From a candidate division WOR-3 bacterium (GTDB taxonomy: Bacteria > Hydrothermota > Hydrothermia > LBFQ01 > DSFT01), in assembly GCA_025060695.1 (NCBI GenBank), contig JANXBH010000009.1:584-64583 (forward strand): a stretch of 64,000 nt of DNA. The letters are read 5' to 3'. Shown piece after piece: positions 21,089 through 32,567 of the stretch (position 1 is the first letter of the stretch; every line of letters starts with the position of its first letter). Under the pieces are notes generated by a model. The model did not search any database and was not told the origin of the DNA. It worked only from the letters and a program-made list of their open reading frames with translations. Position numbers and translations under genes: made by a program.

Positions 21089-22462
21089 ATGAAGTGGAAT
21101 AGAGAAGTTTTTAGAATGTACGATATTAGAGGAATCGCTGAGGTTGATATAAATGAAGAATTTGCATATAAGCTTGGTCTTGCATACGGAATTTATATCT
21201 CAAATAGTGGAAAAGTTGTAGTAGGAGGAGATGTAAGAAGTACTACGGAAAAATATAAAAAAGCTTTAATTGAAGGATTAAGAGATAGCAGTTTAGATGT
21301 AATAGACATTGGTATAGTCCCTACACCCTTAATGTATTTTTCACTATTTAATTTAGATGCAATAGGAGGAATACAGGTAACCGCAAGTCATAATCCTAAG
21401 GAATACAATGGATTTAAAATCGCAATTGGAAAAGAAACAATATATGGAGATGAGATACAAAAATTAGGATATCTTATGGAAAGTGAAATTTTTCCGTCAA
21501 AAATAAAAGGAACATATGAAAGATTTAATATAGCTGAAGTTTACGTTAATTTTATAAGGGAAAAATTTAGATTTGAAAGGAATTTTAATTTAGTAATAGA
21601 TACAGGAAATGGAGTGGTTGGAGTTATTATTGAAGAAATATTAAAAAGCTTGAATATAAAATACAAAGGACTTTTTATAGAGCCAGATGGGGAATTTCCA
21701 AACCACTTACCCGACCCAACAGTAGTTAAATACATGTCATACGCTATTGAAGAAGTAAAAAGAAATAATTATGATGGAGGTTTTGGATATGACGGAGATG
21801 GTGATAGAATAGGTATAATTGATGAAAAAGGTAATCTAATATTTGGAGATAAAATTACCGCAATAATAGCAAAAGGTATCTTAAATAAATACAAAAATCC
21901 TAAAATTATATTAGATGTAAAGTCATCTAAAGGAGTAATTGAATATATCAAAAACTTAGGTGGAGACGTAGTGTTATATAAAACAGGTCATTCGCTTATG
22001 AAAGCAAAACTAAAAGAACTAAATAGTCCGCTTGCTGGAGAAATGAGTGGACATATATTTATAAAAGATGAATTTTTTGGCTACGACGATGCAATATATA
22101 GCTCTTTAAGATTTCTAAAAGAAGTCGAAAAATCCGAAAAAAGCTTTTTTGAAAATTTTGAAGAAATACCATTCTATTATTCAACACCTGAAATTAGAGT
22201 AGAAATTACACCTGAAAGTAAAAAATTTGAAATTGTAAATGATTTAGTATTAAAATTTAAAGAAAAAGGATATGATGTAATAGATATTGATGGGGCAAGA
22301 ATTGAATTTGATGATGGATTTATTTTAGTTAGGGCTTCAAATACTCAACCAGTCTTAGTTTTAAGATTTGAGGCAAAAACTAAAGAAAAATTAGCCGAGT
22401 ATCAAAATCTTTTATATGATGAATTAAAAGTGTATAATAAATACATAAAAAATGAAAATTAA
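21089..22462 (+). CDS. Phosphomannomutase/phosphoglucomutase
   Basis: YDIRG, TASHNP, DGDGDR, GEMSGH, RASNT. Confidence 0.95.
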   Translation: MKWNREVFRMYDIRGIAEVDINEEFAYKLGLAYGIYISNSGKVVVGGDVRSTTEKYKKALIEGLRDSSLDVIDIGIVPTPLMYFSLFNLDAIGGIQVTASHNPKEYNGFKIAIGKETIYGDEIQKLGYLMESEIFPSKIKGTYERFNIAEVYVNFIREKFRFERNFNLVIDTGNGVVGVIIEEILKSLNIKYKGLFIEPDGEFPNHLPDPTVVKYMSYAIEEVKRNNYDGGFGYDGDGDRIGIIDEKGNLIFGDKITAIIAKGILNKYKNPKIILDVKSSKGVIEYIKNLGGDVVLYKTGHSLMKAKLKELNSPLAGEMSGHIFIKDEFFGYDDAIYSSLRFLKEVEKSEKSFFENFEEIPFYYSTPEIRVEITPESKKFEIVNDLVLKFKEKGYDVIDIDGARIEFDDGFILVRASNTQPVLVLRFEAKTKEKLAEYQNLLYDELKVYNKYIKNEN

Positions 22463-22521
22463 GAAGGCAACTTGTGTTTACCATTTTTTGTTATCGGGTA
22501 AGAAACTTTCTTTAACTAAGG

Positions 22522-22758
22522 ATGAAATATATAAAAAAATTCTTAAAACAACTCGTTTTGAAACTAAAGAAGCCTATTGAAGGTATAGAGGTTTTGAGTA
22601 CAAAAAACCATCATGAACACTACTGGTGGTGTAGTCATGGAGTTTTCCCTAAAGGAGTTGTAGAGATTGATTACGAGTTTAAAGTAGATAAAAAGCTTAA
22701 GGAAAGCTCAAAACTTACAAAAATGGAAGGAGTATTTTTTAGGTCATTGGAAATTTAG
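22522..22758 (+). CDS. Small hypothetical protein
   Basis: 78-codon ORF with no recognisable motif, in a decayed island. Confidence 0.35.
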   Translation: MKYIKKFLKQLVLKLKKPIEGIEVLSTKNHHEHYWWCSHGVFPKGVVEIDYEFKVDKKLKESSKLTKMEGVFFRSLEI

Positions 22759-22973
22759 TGGGGCAAAGAAAGCAAATAGAGTTTGTAAACTACAAGCCAA
22801 GGGTTAAAGATGTTAAGCCTAAATTAAACGTTAAATTAAAACCACACAAGAATAAACAACTATATAATGTAGTAAATGAAAAAAAGTTTTTACTTTCCGA
22901 TGGAAGAAGAGTAATTCTAGGAAGCATAAGGGAAGACAAAGTTCCAGAAGCTATAAACTATCTAAATCAATAA
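22758..22973 (+). CDS. Small hypothetical protein
   Basis: 71-codon ORF overlapping the previous stop by 1 nt. Confidence 0.35.
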   Translation: MGQRKQIEFVNYKPRVKDVKPKLNVKLKPHKNKQLYNVVNEKKFLLSDGRRVILGSIREDKVPEAINYLNQ

Positions 22974-22999
22974 GTAATAGCGTAAGGGTATTCTTGAAA

Positions 23000-23346
23000 A
23001 ATAGGTAGCAATTTAATAGACCATAAGAAGCATGTCAAACCTCAAAAGTATTTAGAAATGTGAAAACCAAAAGCTATATAGAAGCTATTTCTTAGGAATG
23101 GAGGTGTACAAAAAAATTGAGGATTGCGTAAATTACATAAAAAACCTCATTTTTGATAGAACTTTTCAATGTTTTAAAAAAGAAAAAAGGATTGAGTTAA
23201 ATGAAGTGAGTGATGAATGGGTTAAGAAGTATAACATTGACTATTATATAGAATGTGAAAAAGGATACATAGGTATTCAAATAAAGCCAACAGGCACCCT
23301 AGATATACAAGTAAGGAAACTCATGAAAGGTTTAAGAAAGAAATAG
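23000..23346 (+). pseudogene. Degraded PD-(D/E)xK restriction endonuclease, MjaI-like
   Basis: EDCVNYIKNLIFDRTF...DEWVKKYNIDYYI...YIGIQIKP; upstream part is broken by stops. Family assigned from memory. Confidence 0.5.
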
Positions 23347-23403
23347 TGGGAAAAATACAAAGAAAGGAACTGCCATAAAAAGATAAAAAACCAACTTAAA
23401 ATT

Positions 23404-24762
23404 CTAATTCTCAATAGCCTTAAATTCCTTAATCTCTACTCTATCAAAACCTTTAACATTAGGTTTATATTGTGTAGTATCTGCCAAGACTACAACTACA
23501 AAATTCTTAGGTAAATATTCCTTTGCAGTTTTATTTACTTCTTCTAATTTCAAGTCCTTAATTTCCTGAATATCCCTTAACCAGTAGTCATATGGAATTT
23601 TCCATATTTTAGCATTTATTATAATACTTGCGACTTGAGAATACGTCTGAACTTGTCTTGCAATGGAACCTTCATAGTAACTTTTTGATGCATCCAATTC
23701 CTCCTGAGTAAATCCCTCATTAATTGCCTTATTTAACTCTTCTAATAAAAGCTCAATCGCATGATTAGCACTTCCAATTTTTGTAGAAAAACCTGCAATA
23801 AAAGCACCTTCATATATAGCATTATTTCTTCTATACCCTGGATCTAAACTACTATATGACCAATATGCATAACCATATTTAACTCTAATAACTTTAGTAA
23901 TTCTTGAAGAAAATCCCGAACCACCGAACATATAATTTACTACTCTTAACTTAGTAAAATCCTTGTTAGTTCTTGATATTCCCTTTGCTCCTAAAAATAC
24001 ATATGCCTGATTTATACCCGGAAAATGATAAACTAACATCTCTTTTTCCTTTGGATATTCAATATTTTCAATATACTCCCTCTTTAGCTCACCTCTTTTC
24101 CATTTAGAAAGATACTTTTCCACTAAGGAGATTGCCTTTTTAGGTTCTAAACTTGAAACCACAACTAAGATGGAATTATTGGGAAGGTAAAATTTACTAT
24201 AGAAATTAACAATATCATCTCTACCTATATTCATTATAGTATTTTCATATCCTTCAATAGGATGAGAAAGAGGGTGTTTCCGGTATAATTCTTTGTCTAA
24301 TAGTAGCCTCACTACATAGTCTGGATCACCTTTTTGAGATATGATATTGCTAATTGTTCTTTTTTTTAGTTTCTCAAGTTCTTCACTTGGAAATGTTGGA
24401 TTTAATAGAACTTCTGAAAATATTTCAAGTGATTTCTCTGCATTTTCAGTGAGTGACTTTAAACTAATTGTTGTTGACCAATTTCCTGCAGAAATGGAAA
24501 ATTCTGTTCCAAGTTCTTCAAATTTTTCAAATATTTCAATTGAAGTATATTTTTTTGAACCTTCATCTAAAAGAGAAGCAGTTAAATTAGCCAAACCTTC
24601 CTTTCCTCTTGGATCGTCAACTGAACCTGCACTTATTACTAAACTTAACTGAAAAATTGGTAGATTATCTTTCTTTACGGCTACTATCTCAAGACCATTT
24701 TCTAATATCTTTTCCTCTACCTTTTGCATTGTTTTTACCTCCGCAAGAATAAAGTATATCAT
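23404..24762 (-). CDS. M16 peptidase, non-catalytic subunit
   Basis: GLANLTASLLDEGS lacks HxxEH; SSRITKVIRVKYGYAY. Confidence 0.9.
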   Translation of the reverse strand: MIYFILAEVKTMQKVEEKILENGLEIVAVKKDNLPIFQLSLVISAGSVDDPRGKEGLANLTASLLDEGSKKYTSIEIFEKFEELGTEFSISAGNWSTTISLKSLTENAEKSLEIFSEVLLNPTFPSEELEKLKKRTISNIISQKGDPDYVVRLLLDKELYRKHPLSHPIEGYENTIMNIGRDDIVNFYSKFYLPNNSILVVVSSLEPKKAISLVEKYLSKWKRGELKREYIENIEYPKEKEMLVYHFPGINQAYVFLGAKGISRTNKDFTKLRVVNYMFGGSGFSSRITKVIRVKYGYAYWSYSSLDPGYRRNNAIYEGAFIAGFSTKIGSANHAIELLLEELNKAINEGFTQEELDASKSYYEGSIARQVQTYSQVASIIINAKIWKIPYDYWLRDIQEIKDLKLEEVNKTAKEYLPKNFVVVVLADTTQYKPNVKGFDRVEIKEFKAIEN

Positions 24763-24765
24763 ATC

Positions 24766-26088
24766 TTACCTCTCCATCTCAGTTGCTTTTTTTAAACCCT
24801 CAAAATATACCTTAATATCTGAAGGTGGTATCGGATGAACTATAATTGTAGATTTGTTATCTTCAGTTAGATAGTTGTTTATAACGTTATTTATATCTTC
24901 AATAGTAGCTCTTTGAATGAGTTTTGGATATTCATTTATGTAGTTTGGGTTTTCTGTGTTTATAAGTGCATCACCAAGCTGAAAACCTATTCTTACTACT
25001 GATTCTCTTGAATATATGAAACTTGCTAATGTGCTGTTTTTTGCTCTTTTTAGTTCTTCATTAGTTATAGGATTAGTTTTTAAATTTTCTATTTCTTCAT
25101 TTATTGCTTTTTCAAGGTCATGTATATTTTTTCCTTGTTGTAAAATTGCAAAAATTACAAGCATTCCGTCATCTTTTAAACCATAGTAAAATGCACTTAT
25201 TGAAGTTGCAAGCTGTTTTTCATGAACTATTGACCTGTATAATCTTGAAGTCTTTCCACCTCCCAATATATCTGAAAGCAAAGAAATTATGGGAGCATCT
25301 GGACTTGAACTTTTTGTAGTTCTATATGCAATAGCAATATATGTAGCAAAACCCTCCTTTTTAATTTCTACTCTTCTTTGACCCTTTTGCTTAGGTTCCA
25401 AGGTATAAAACTTCGGTATTTCCTTTGGTTCGTACTTCCCAAAGTATTTTTCAGCCAACCTGAAAATTTCTTCAGCTTTCACGTCTCCTACAACTATTAA
25501 ATATGCATTATTTGGAGCATAGTATTTTTCATAAAATTCCTTAACTTGTAAAAGTGATACATTTTCTAAATCACTTCTCCAACCAATTACGGGATTTTTA
25601 TAGGGATGTGCCCAAAATACCGTTGAAAACAAAGCCTCCCACAAAGCACCCCTTTGGTCATTCTCTGTTCTCCATCTTCTTTCTTCAATTACAACATTTC
25701 TTTCTTCCTCAAATCCATTAAAGGTAATATTTCTCATCCTGTCTGCTTCCATCATTAATACCTTTTCAACAGCACTTGAAGGTATTTCACACCAGTATGC
25801 GGTCTCATCAAAACTTGTAAAGGCATTATCAGTTCCACCAAGCTGGTCTATTATCTCTGAGTAGTCCTTTATTTTTTCTGTCCCTCTAAACATCATATGT
25901 TCTAAAAGATGTGCAGAACCTGTAATTCCTGGATATTCATTTTTAGAGCCAACTTTATACCATACTTGAACAGATGCAACAGGAGAAGAATGTTCTTCAA
26001 TTACAAAAACCCTAAGCCCATTGTTTAAGCTTTTTTCCTTTATTTGTATTGGTTTAACATCTATTAAAGTTTCAATCATAAGAAACAT
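24766..26088 (-). CDS. M16 zinc peptidase, catalytic subunit
   Basis: AHLLEHMMFRGT, NAFTS, ERNVVIEERR. Confidence 0.94.
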   Translation of the reverse strand: MFLMIETLIDVKPIQIKEKSLNNGLRVFVIEEHSSPVASVQVWYKVGSKNEYPGITGSAHLLEHMMFRGTEKIKDYSEIIDQLGGTDNAFTSFDETAYWCEIPSSAVEKVLMMEADRMRNITFNGFEEERNVVIEERRWRTENDQRGALWEALFSTVFWAHPYKNPVIGWRSDLENVSLLQVKEFYEKYYAPNNAYLIVVGDVKAEEIFRLAEKYFGKYEPKEIPKFYTLEPKQKGQRRVEIKKEGFATYIAIAYRTTKSSSPDAPIISLLSDILGGGKTSRLYRSIVHEKQLATSISAFYYGLKDDGMLVIFAILQQGKNIHDLEKAINEEIENLKTNPITNEELKRAKNSTLASFIYSRESVVRIGFQLGDALINTENPNYINEYPKLIQRATIEDINNVINNYLTEDNKSTIIVHPIPPSDIKVYFEGLKKATEMER

Positions 26089-26130
26089 TTAAAAATTTTA
26101 AAGTAAAACAATAACCTTATAATTTTCCGA

Positions 26131-26796
26131 ATGATAAAACTGAAGAATATTTCAAAAAGTTTTGGAGATAAAAAAGTATTAGAAAATGTAAATTTTGAGG
26201 TGAATAAGGGAGATTTTATCTTTATAATAGGTGAAACTGGAATAGGTAAGACAACTCTATTGAAGCTTTTATATTTAGAAGAATTTGCTGACAGCGGAGA
26301 AGTTTATATATTTGAAAAGCTAATTAGAAAAGACATGAAGATGAAGGAAATACAGGATTTAAGAAAAAAGATTGGTGTAATTTTTCAAGACTATAAGATA
26401 TTACCAAATAGGACAGTTTATGAGAATGTAGTTTTACCACTAAGATATATGGGACTTTCTAAAAGTGTAAGTGAAGAAAGGGTAGAATTTGCACTAAAAA
26501 TTACAAAGCTTATAGATAAAAAAAATGACTATCCCTATTACCTATCAGGTGGAGAACAGCAAAGAATATCAATAGCAAGAGCGGTTGCAAGACAACCTGA
26601 AATTTTAATAGCAGATGAACCAACCGGCAATTTAGATATAAATACCTCTACTGAAATTTTGAAAATTCTAATAGATTTAAACTTTCAAGGTATGACAGTA
26701 ATAATAGCCACGCATGATTTGGAACTTCTAAATTATTACGAAAAATCAAAAGTATACAAGATTGAAAACTTTAAACTTATTAAGATTTCTCAATAA
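26131..26796 (+). CDS. ftsE: FtsE-like ABC ATP-binding protein
   Basis: GETGIGKT, IGVIFQDYKIL, LSGGEQQR, ADEPTGNLD. Confidence 0.8.
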   Translation: MIKLKNISKSFGDKKVLENVNFEVNKGDFIFIIGETGIGKTTLLKLLYLEEFADSGEVYIFEKLIRKDMKMKEIQDLRKKIGVIFQDYKILPNRTVYENVVLPLRYMGLSKSVSEERVEFALKITKLIDKKNDYPYYLSGGEQQRISIARAVARQPEILIADEPTGNLDINTSTEILKILIDLNFQGMTVIIATHDLELLNYYEKSKVYKIENFKLIKISQ

Positions 26797-27229
26797 TAGC
26801 TAAAACTTCCCTAATGTTCACATTCTTTCCCTTTTGAACTTTCACATATTTTACTATTCCATCAGCTGGAGACCTTACTTGATTTCTCATCTTCATTGCT
26901 TCTATAATAAATAAAATATCATCCTTTTTCACTTCTTGACCTTCACTAATAAGAACATCTACTATCAAACCCGGTATAGGGGACAAGATTTCGTATATAC
27001 TATGCACTTTTGTAATATCTTCAGTATTTGAAAAGTGATAGATTTGAAATTGCCATTTATTTATGCCATCATCTAATACTACTCTGCTTCTTTCTTTCTC
27101 TAACTTAAATAAAAAAGGTTTATTGTTGAAAAATACTAAATATATGTTTTTTGAAATTTGTTGAAATTCCAAATTTTCAAGTTTTTCTAATTCTAAAATT
27201 TCTCCATATATCTGAGTATAGCTTTTCAT
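26780..27229 (-). CDS. Biotin carboxyl carrier protein
   Basis: SPIPG, EAMKM. Confidence 0.92.
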   Translation of the reverse strand: MKSYTQIYGEILELEKLENLEFQQISKNIYLVFFNNKPFLFKLEKERSRVVLDDGINKWQFQIYHFSNTEDITKVHSIYEILSPIPGLIVDVLISEGQEVKKDDILFIIEAMKMRNQVRSPADGIVKYVKVQKGKNVNIREVLAIIEKS

Positions 27230-27999
27230 TCTCCGATATATTTAGGAGTTCTTTTTTCAAGAAACGCACTTATGCCCTCAAGTGCATCCTTAGTGGAAAA
27301 CAAGTAGTAAAACATTTTTCTTTCATATTCAAGACCATCTTGCAAATTTAACTCATAACTCATCTTGATACTATCCTTTGCAATATTTAGAGAAATAGGA
27401 GGTTTATCTAAAAACTGCCTCGCAAACTTTATAGTCATTTCAAGATATATTTCAGTCGGGACTATTTTATTGACTATTCCTAATTTATATGCTGTCCAGA
27501 CATCTATGTATTTACCAGATAGTATATATTCCATTGCTCTCTGCTTTTGAATAAGTTTAGTAAGTCTTTGAGTTCCACCTGCTCCTGGCATTAGCCCTAC
27601 ATTAATTTCGGGCTGTCCAAATACAGCACTATCGGATGCAACTATCATATCACATATCATTGCAAGCTCGAAACCTCCACCAAGTGCATATCCACTTACT
27701 GACGCAATTAAAGGCTTATAACATTTATATACTCTTTCCCACTCTAAAAATCTATAATTTTCAAACATTTCATTTGGTGTTTTCTTATTAAATTCTAATA
27801 AATCTGCACCTGCTGCAAATGCTCTTTCATTTCCCGTTAAAATAATAATCCTTATATCCTTATCTTGTTCAAACTTTTCCACGGCATCAGCAACCTCTTT
27901 CATAAGTTCTTTACTTAGAGCATTTAAGGACTTTGGTCTATTGAACTTTATTATACCTATTTTATCTTCCTTAAAAACCAAGATGTTTTGATAACTCAT
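27226..27999 (-). CDS. Enoyl-CoA hydratase
   Basis: AFAAGAD, ALGGGFEL, FGQPEI, PGAGGTQRL. Confidence 0.94.
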   Translation of the reverse strand: MSYQNILVFKEDKIGIIKFNRPKSLNALSKELMKEVADAVEKFEQDKDIRIIILTGNERAFAAGADLLEFNKKTPNEMFENYRFLEWERVYKCYKPLIASVSGYALGGGFELAMICDMIVASDSAVFGQPEINVGLMPGAGGTQRLTKLIQKQRAMEYILSGKYIDVWTAYKLGIVNKIVPTEIYLEMTIKFARQFLDKPPISLNIAKDSIKMSYELNLQDGLEYERKMFYYLFSTKDALEGISAFLEKRTPKYIGE

Positions 28000-28051
28000 A
28001 TGAAAATTTTAAAGTCGTATCAATGCTTAAAACTTTAAAATTTCAATAATT

Positions 28052-30355
28052 ATGAAAATTAAAAAAGTTGCAATTTTAGGTGCAGGAACAATGGGTTCGC
28101 AAATAGCAGCTCATATTGCAAATGCTGGTTTTGAAGTTTTACTATTGGATGTAAGTAAAGAACTTGCAAGAAATGGACTTAGAAAAGCACTTGAAATAAA
28201 CCCACCTGCATTTATGGATAAGGATTTTAAATATTATATAAATATTGGGTCTTTTGAGGAAGATTTTGAAAAAATAAGAGAATACGACTGGATAATTGAG
28301 GCTGTTGTGGAGAATGTAGAAGTAAAAAGAAAGATTTTTGAAAAGGTTGAAAAATATAGAAAAAATGACTCAATAGTATCAAGTAATACATCTGGTATTC
28401 CAATAAAACTGCTTGCAGAAGATAGAAGTGAAGAATTTAGAAGCTATTTTTTAGGAACTCACTTTTTTAATCCACCAAGATACATGAAACTCTTGGAAAT
28501 TATACCTACTGAATGGACAAAAAGTGAAGTAATTGAAGAGATTAAGTTATTTTGTGAAGACTACTTAGGAAAAGGCATAGTATTTGCAAAAGACACACCT
28601 AACTTTATAGCAAATAGAATTGGTATATTTTCCATAATGACAATATTTAAGCTTACAAAAGAAATGGACTTAAGTGTAGAGGAAGTAGACTATTTAACAG
28701 GAGAGCTTATAGGAAGACCAAGAACTGCAACTTACAGACTGGCGGATTTAGTTGGTATTGATGTTTTATACAATGTTGCTACGAATTTAAAAAATCTATT
28801 AAAAGAAGATGAATTTAAGGAAATTTTTGAAATACCAAATTTTCTTGAATTTATGATAAAAAACAATCTTTTAGGTGATAAAACGAAAGGTGGTTTTTAT
28901 AAGAAGGAAGGTGATAAAAGGTTCGTTCTGGATATAAATACTCTTGAGTATAGAGAGCAAAAAGTTGTAAATTTACCTGAATTTTTACAAATTCAAAATA
29001 TTGAAAGTGTAGAAGAGCGAATTAGAACAATATTCAAGTTAGATTCTAAGTATGCCGAGTTTTTAAAAAAGCTTTTAACGTCCATTTTTGTATATAGTAT
29101 AAACAGAGTTGGAGAAATATCCGACGATATTGTAAATATAGATAATGCTATGAAATGGGGATTTAACTGGAAAATTGGTCCATTTGAAACTATAGATGTT
29201 ATTGGAAAGGAAAAATTATTAGAGCTTTCTAAAAAATACGGATATAGCTTAAATCGTAGCATACCTGAAAGATTTTATATAGAAAACAAGTATTATGACT
29301 TTTTAAAGGATAATTACGAAGTGATTTCAAGGAGAAAAGAAATTATTGTAATTTCAGAATTAAAAAAGAGAGGGGATGTAATTTTAGAAAATGCTGATGC
29401 AAGCTTAATAGATTTAAAAGATGGAGTACTACTTTTAGAATTTCATTCAAAAGCAAACACTATAGGAATAGGGACTATTAGCATGTTAAATACAAGCTTA
29501 GATATATTAGAGAAAGAAAAATCATATAATGGACTTGTAATAACTAACGACGATGAGAGGAACTTTTCTGCTGGTGCAAATTTAGGATTAATTGCTATGT
29601 CAATTGGAGAAAGTGCATACGATGAAATTGAGAGAGCAGTTATTAATTTTCAAAAGTTAAATATGCGTATGAAGTATTTTAAAAAGCCAATAGTAGCAGG
29701 TGCATTTGGTATTGCAGTTGGAGGCGGATGCGAAATACTATTACATACACACAAAATAGTAGCACACGCTGAACTATATACAGGTTTAGTAGAAATTGGT
29801 GTGGGACTTATACCTGCAGGTGGAGGTACTAAAGAGCTTACAATTAGAGCTTTAAGTCATCCTGAAAATTTAGAAAATTACGATGAATTACCAATTTTGA
29901 GATTTTATTTAGAGAATATAGCAACAGCAAAAGTTAGCACATCCGCATATGAAGCAAAGAAAATGGGAATAATAAGAGAGGGTGATATTATAATTGCAAA
30001 TAGAGACTTCATGACTTACTATGCAAAGAATTTAGTAATAGGACTATATAATAGTGGGTTTAGGGGTTTTAGACCAAAAAAAGTAAGAGTTCTGGGTTGG
30101 GATGGATACAGTGCGGTATTAGCAAGTTTAGTAAATTTAAAGACAGGTAAATTTATAACTGAATACGATGCATTTATTATTGAAAAATTGGCATATGTAA
30201 TGACAGGTGGACCTGATATTGCACCTAATACTCTTGTAGATGAATGGCAAATATTAGAATGGGAAAGAAAGGCATTTCTTGAGCTTGTAAAACAACCAAG
30301 AACACAAGAAAGAATATTTTATTTTCTAAAAAATAGAAAACCTCTAAGAAACTAA
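28052..30355 (+). CDS. 3-hydroxyacyl-CoA dehydrogenase/enoyl-CoA hydratase (FadN-like)
   Basis: GAGTMG, SSNTSG, HFFNPPRY, C-terminal crotonase (FSAGANL, GGGCE), KPLRN end. Confidence 0.93.
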   Translation: MKIKKVAILGAGTMGSQIAAHIANAGFEVLLLDVSKELARNGLRKALEINPPAFMDKDFKYYINIGSFEEDFEKIREYDWIIEAVVENVEVKRKIFEKVEKYRKNDSIVSSNTSGIPIKLLAEDRSEEFRSYFLGTHFFNPPRYMKLLEIIPTEWTKSEVIEEIKLFCEDYLGKGIVFAKDTPNFIANRIGIFSIMTIFKLTKEMDLSVEEVDYLTGELIGRPRTATYRLADLVGIDVLYNVATNLKNLLKEDEFKEIFEIPNFLEFMIKNNLLGDKTKGGFYKKEGDKRFVLDINTLEYREQKVVNLPEFLQIQNIESVEERIRTIFKLDSKYAEFLKKLLTSIFVYSINRVGEISDDIVNIDNAMKWGFNWKIGPFETIDVIGKEKLLELSKKYGYSLNRSIPERFYIENKYYDFLKDNYEVISRRKEIIVISELKKRGDVILENADASLIDLKDGVLLLEFHSKANTIGIGTISMLNTSLDILEKEKSYNGLVITNDDERNFSAGANLGLIAMSIGESAYDEIERAVINFQKLNMRMKYFKKPIVAGAFGIAVGGGCEILLHTHKIVAHAELYTGLVEIGVGLIPAGGGTKELTIRALSHPENLENYDELPILRFYLENIATAKVSTSAYEAKKMGIIREGDIIIANRDFMTYYAKNLVIGLYNSGFRGFRPKKVRVLGWDGYSAVLASLVNLKTGKFITEYDAFIIEKLAYVMTGGPDIAPNTLVDEWQILEWERKAFLELVKQPRTQERIFYFLKNRKPLRN

Positions 30356-30356
30356 C

Positions 30357-31301
30357 ATGATATTTAATATCATCAAGGGATTTATATTAGTTTTCGGAGT
30401 TCTAACAGGTTCAGCTTATATGGTTTGGCTTGAAAGAAGAGTATCGGCATGGATACAAGATAGAATCGGTCCAAACAGAGTTGGGCCTTTTGGACTATTA
30501 CAACCTCTTGTAGACGTTGTTAAACTACTATTTAAAGAAGAAATTGTTCCTATTACAGCAGAAAAATTCATTCACTTCCTTGCTCCGGGTATTATAATAG
30601 TTAGTGTCATAACCGCATCGGTTCTAATTCCTGTAGACCCAAACTTTATTATTACAAATCCAGGTATTGGCATTTTACTCATAATGGGATTAAGCTCACT
30701 TTCCGCTTACTCAGTCGTACTTTCTGGCTTTGCATCACTTACAAAATATCCCGTTTTAGGAAGTCTAAGAGCTTCCGCACAAGTGGTTTCCTATGAAATA
30801 CCAATAGCACTTAGTGTTCTTTCAGTTGTCGTTTTATCTAATAGTTTATCTTTAGTGGATATAGTAAACGCTCAAAAAGAAACATGGTTTATATTAATAA
30901 ATCCTATTGGATTTATAGTGTTTTTAATTGCTTCCTTTGCAGAAACCAATAGAGCACCATTTGACTTGCCTGAAGCAGAGAGTGAGCTAACAGGTGGTTA
31001 TCATACTGAGTTTTCATCCATGAGATTTGCTTGGTTTTTTGCAGGAGAATACGGACATATTATAATATCATCAGCTGTTATTACTACCTTGTTCTTGGGC
31101 GGTTATCATGGTCCAATAGCAAGTGGACTTTGGTGGTTTCTTATTAAAGTCTTTATACTTTGCTATATTTTCGTTTGGGTAAGGTGGACATTCCCAAGAC
31201 TTAGATATGACCAACTTATGAAATTCTCATGGAAGCTTCTAATACCAGTCTCACTGATAAATCTACTTATCATTGCATTAGTAAAAATACTACAACTTTA
31301 A
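30357..31301 (+). CDS. nuoH: NADH-quinone oxidoreductase subunit H
   Basis: QDRIGPNRVGPFGLLQ, ETNRAPFDLPEAESEL, PRLRYDQLM. Confidence 0.96.
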   Translation: MIFNIIKGFILVFGVLTGSAYMVWLERRVSAWIQDRIGPNRVGPFGLLQPLVDVVKLLFKEEIVPITAEKFIHFLAPGIIIVSVITASVLIPVDPNFIITNPGIGILLIMGLSSLSAYSVVLSGFASLTKYPVLGSLRASAQVVSYEIPIALSVLSVVVLSNSLSLVDIVNAQKETWFILINPIGFIVFLIASFAETNRAPFDLPEAESELTGGYHTEFSSMRFAWFFAGEYGHIIISSAVITTLFLGGYHGPIASGLWWFLIKVFILCYIFVWVRWTFPRLRYDQLMKFSWKLLIPVSLINLLIIALVKILQL

Positions 31302-31313
31302 AATTTAAAAGTC

Positions 31314-32567
31314 ATGCTTATATGGACAATTATCCTTACCCTTATCATAATAGGTATATTGATATTTGTCCATGAGCTTGGACATTTTCTATTTGCAAAA
31401 CTATTTAAAGTAAAGGTTGAGACATTTTCTATTGGATTTGGACCAAGTATATTTTCATTTAAAAAAGGCGAAACAAAATACACAATTTCAATATTACCAA
31501 TTGGTGGATATGTAAAAATGGCTGGAGATGAACCAAGTAGTTATAGTGGACTACCTGATGAATTTTTATCTAAAAAGAACTATCAAAAAATACTTATAGT
31601 TTTCGCAGGACCACTATTTAATATAATTTTTGGTATTCTTCTATTTTTCCTCGCTTTTAAGTTCTTTGGAGTATCTAATATAAAATCAAACGAAATTTAC
31701 AAAAGTGAAATTGCACAAATTCAAAAGGGTGATAAAATAATCCAAGTAAATGATAAACCATTTAAAGGATGGTTTTTTCTTGAAAGAGAAAACCAATACG
31801 AGAGCACAAAACTAAAAGTAGTAAGAGGTATAGATACCTTAATAGTAAACTTAAAAAAGGGTGAAGTATACAAACTAAGACCTAAAATTGAACCTGTTGT
31901 AGATAAGGTTTTAGTAGGATATCCCGCACATAATGCAGGAATTAGAAAAGGAGATAAGATACTGGAAATAGACGGGATAAAGATTGAAGACTGGTCAGAT
32001 ATACATAGTATAGTTGCAAATAAGGTAAATCAAGAAATAACAATAAAGTATGAAAGAAATAATCAGGTTTTTGAAACAAAATTGAAGGTAAGAGGAGAGA
32101 TAGTAGACCAGAAAGGAAGAAAAGAAGGCAAATTAGGAATAATAAGAGAGTTTGAAACATACAGACCAGATGTCTTCTCATCTATAGTTTTTTCTATAGA
32201 TAGAACAATTAATGCATCACTTTTAATTTTTAAGGTAATAATTGGATTATTTACTGGTGAAACTTCACTTAACGTTATTGGTGGTCCTGTCATGGTAGGA
32301 AAGACTTTAGGTGAAGGTGCACAGATGGGAATACAAATGCTTATTTTAATTACTGCACTAATATCTATAAATCTTGCAGTAGTAAATTTACTCCCTATTC
32401 CTGCACTTGATGGAAGTCATATTTTAATATTTCTCATAGAGTCAATTATTAGAAAAAGAATAAATCCAAAACTTTATTTTGCAATTCAGATGACAGGTTT
32501 CGTTATTCTTATGGCCCTAATGTTCATTATTGTAATTTTTGATTTATATAGAATACTTATTCCATGA
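31314..32567 (+). CDS. rseP: RIP metalloprotease
   Basis: HELGH, GGYVKM, PDZ domain, [10 protein letters not shown]. Confidence 0.95.
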   Translation: MLIWTIILTLIIIGILIFVHELGHFLFAKLFKVKVETFSIGFGPSIFSFKKGETKYTISILPIGGYVKMAGDEPSSYSGLPDEFLSKKNYQKILIVFAGPLFNIIFGILLFFLAFKFFGVSNIKSNEIYKSEIAQIQKGDKIIQVNDKPFKGWFFLERENQYESTKLKVVRGIDTLIVNLKKGEVYKLRPKIEPVVDKVLVGYPAHNAGIRKGDKILEIDGIKIEDWSDIHSIVANKVNQEITIKYERNNQVFETKLKVRGEIVDQKGRKEGKLGIIREFETYRPDVFSSIVFSIDRTINASLLIFKVIIGLFTGETSLNVIGGPVMVGKTLGEGAQMGIQMLILITALISINLAVVNLLPIPALDGSHILIFLIESIIRKRINPKLYFAIQMTGFVILMALMFIIVIFDLYRILIP

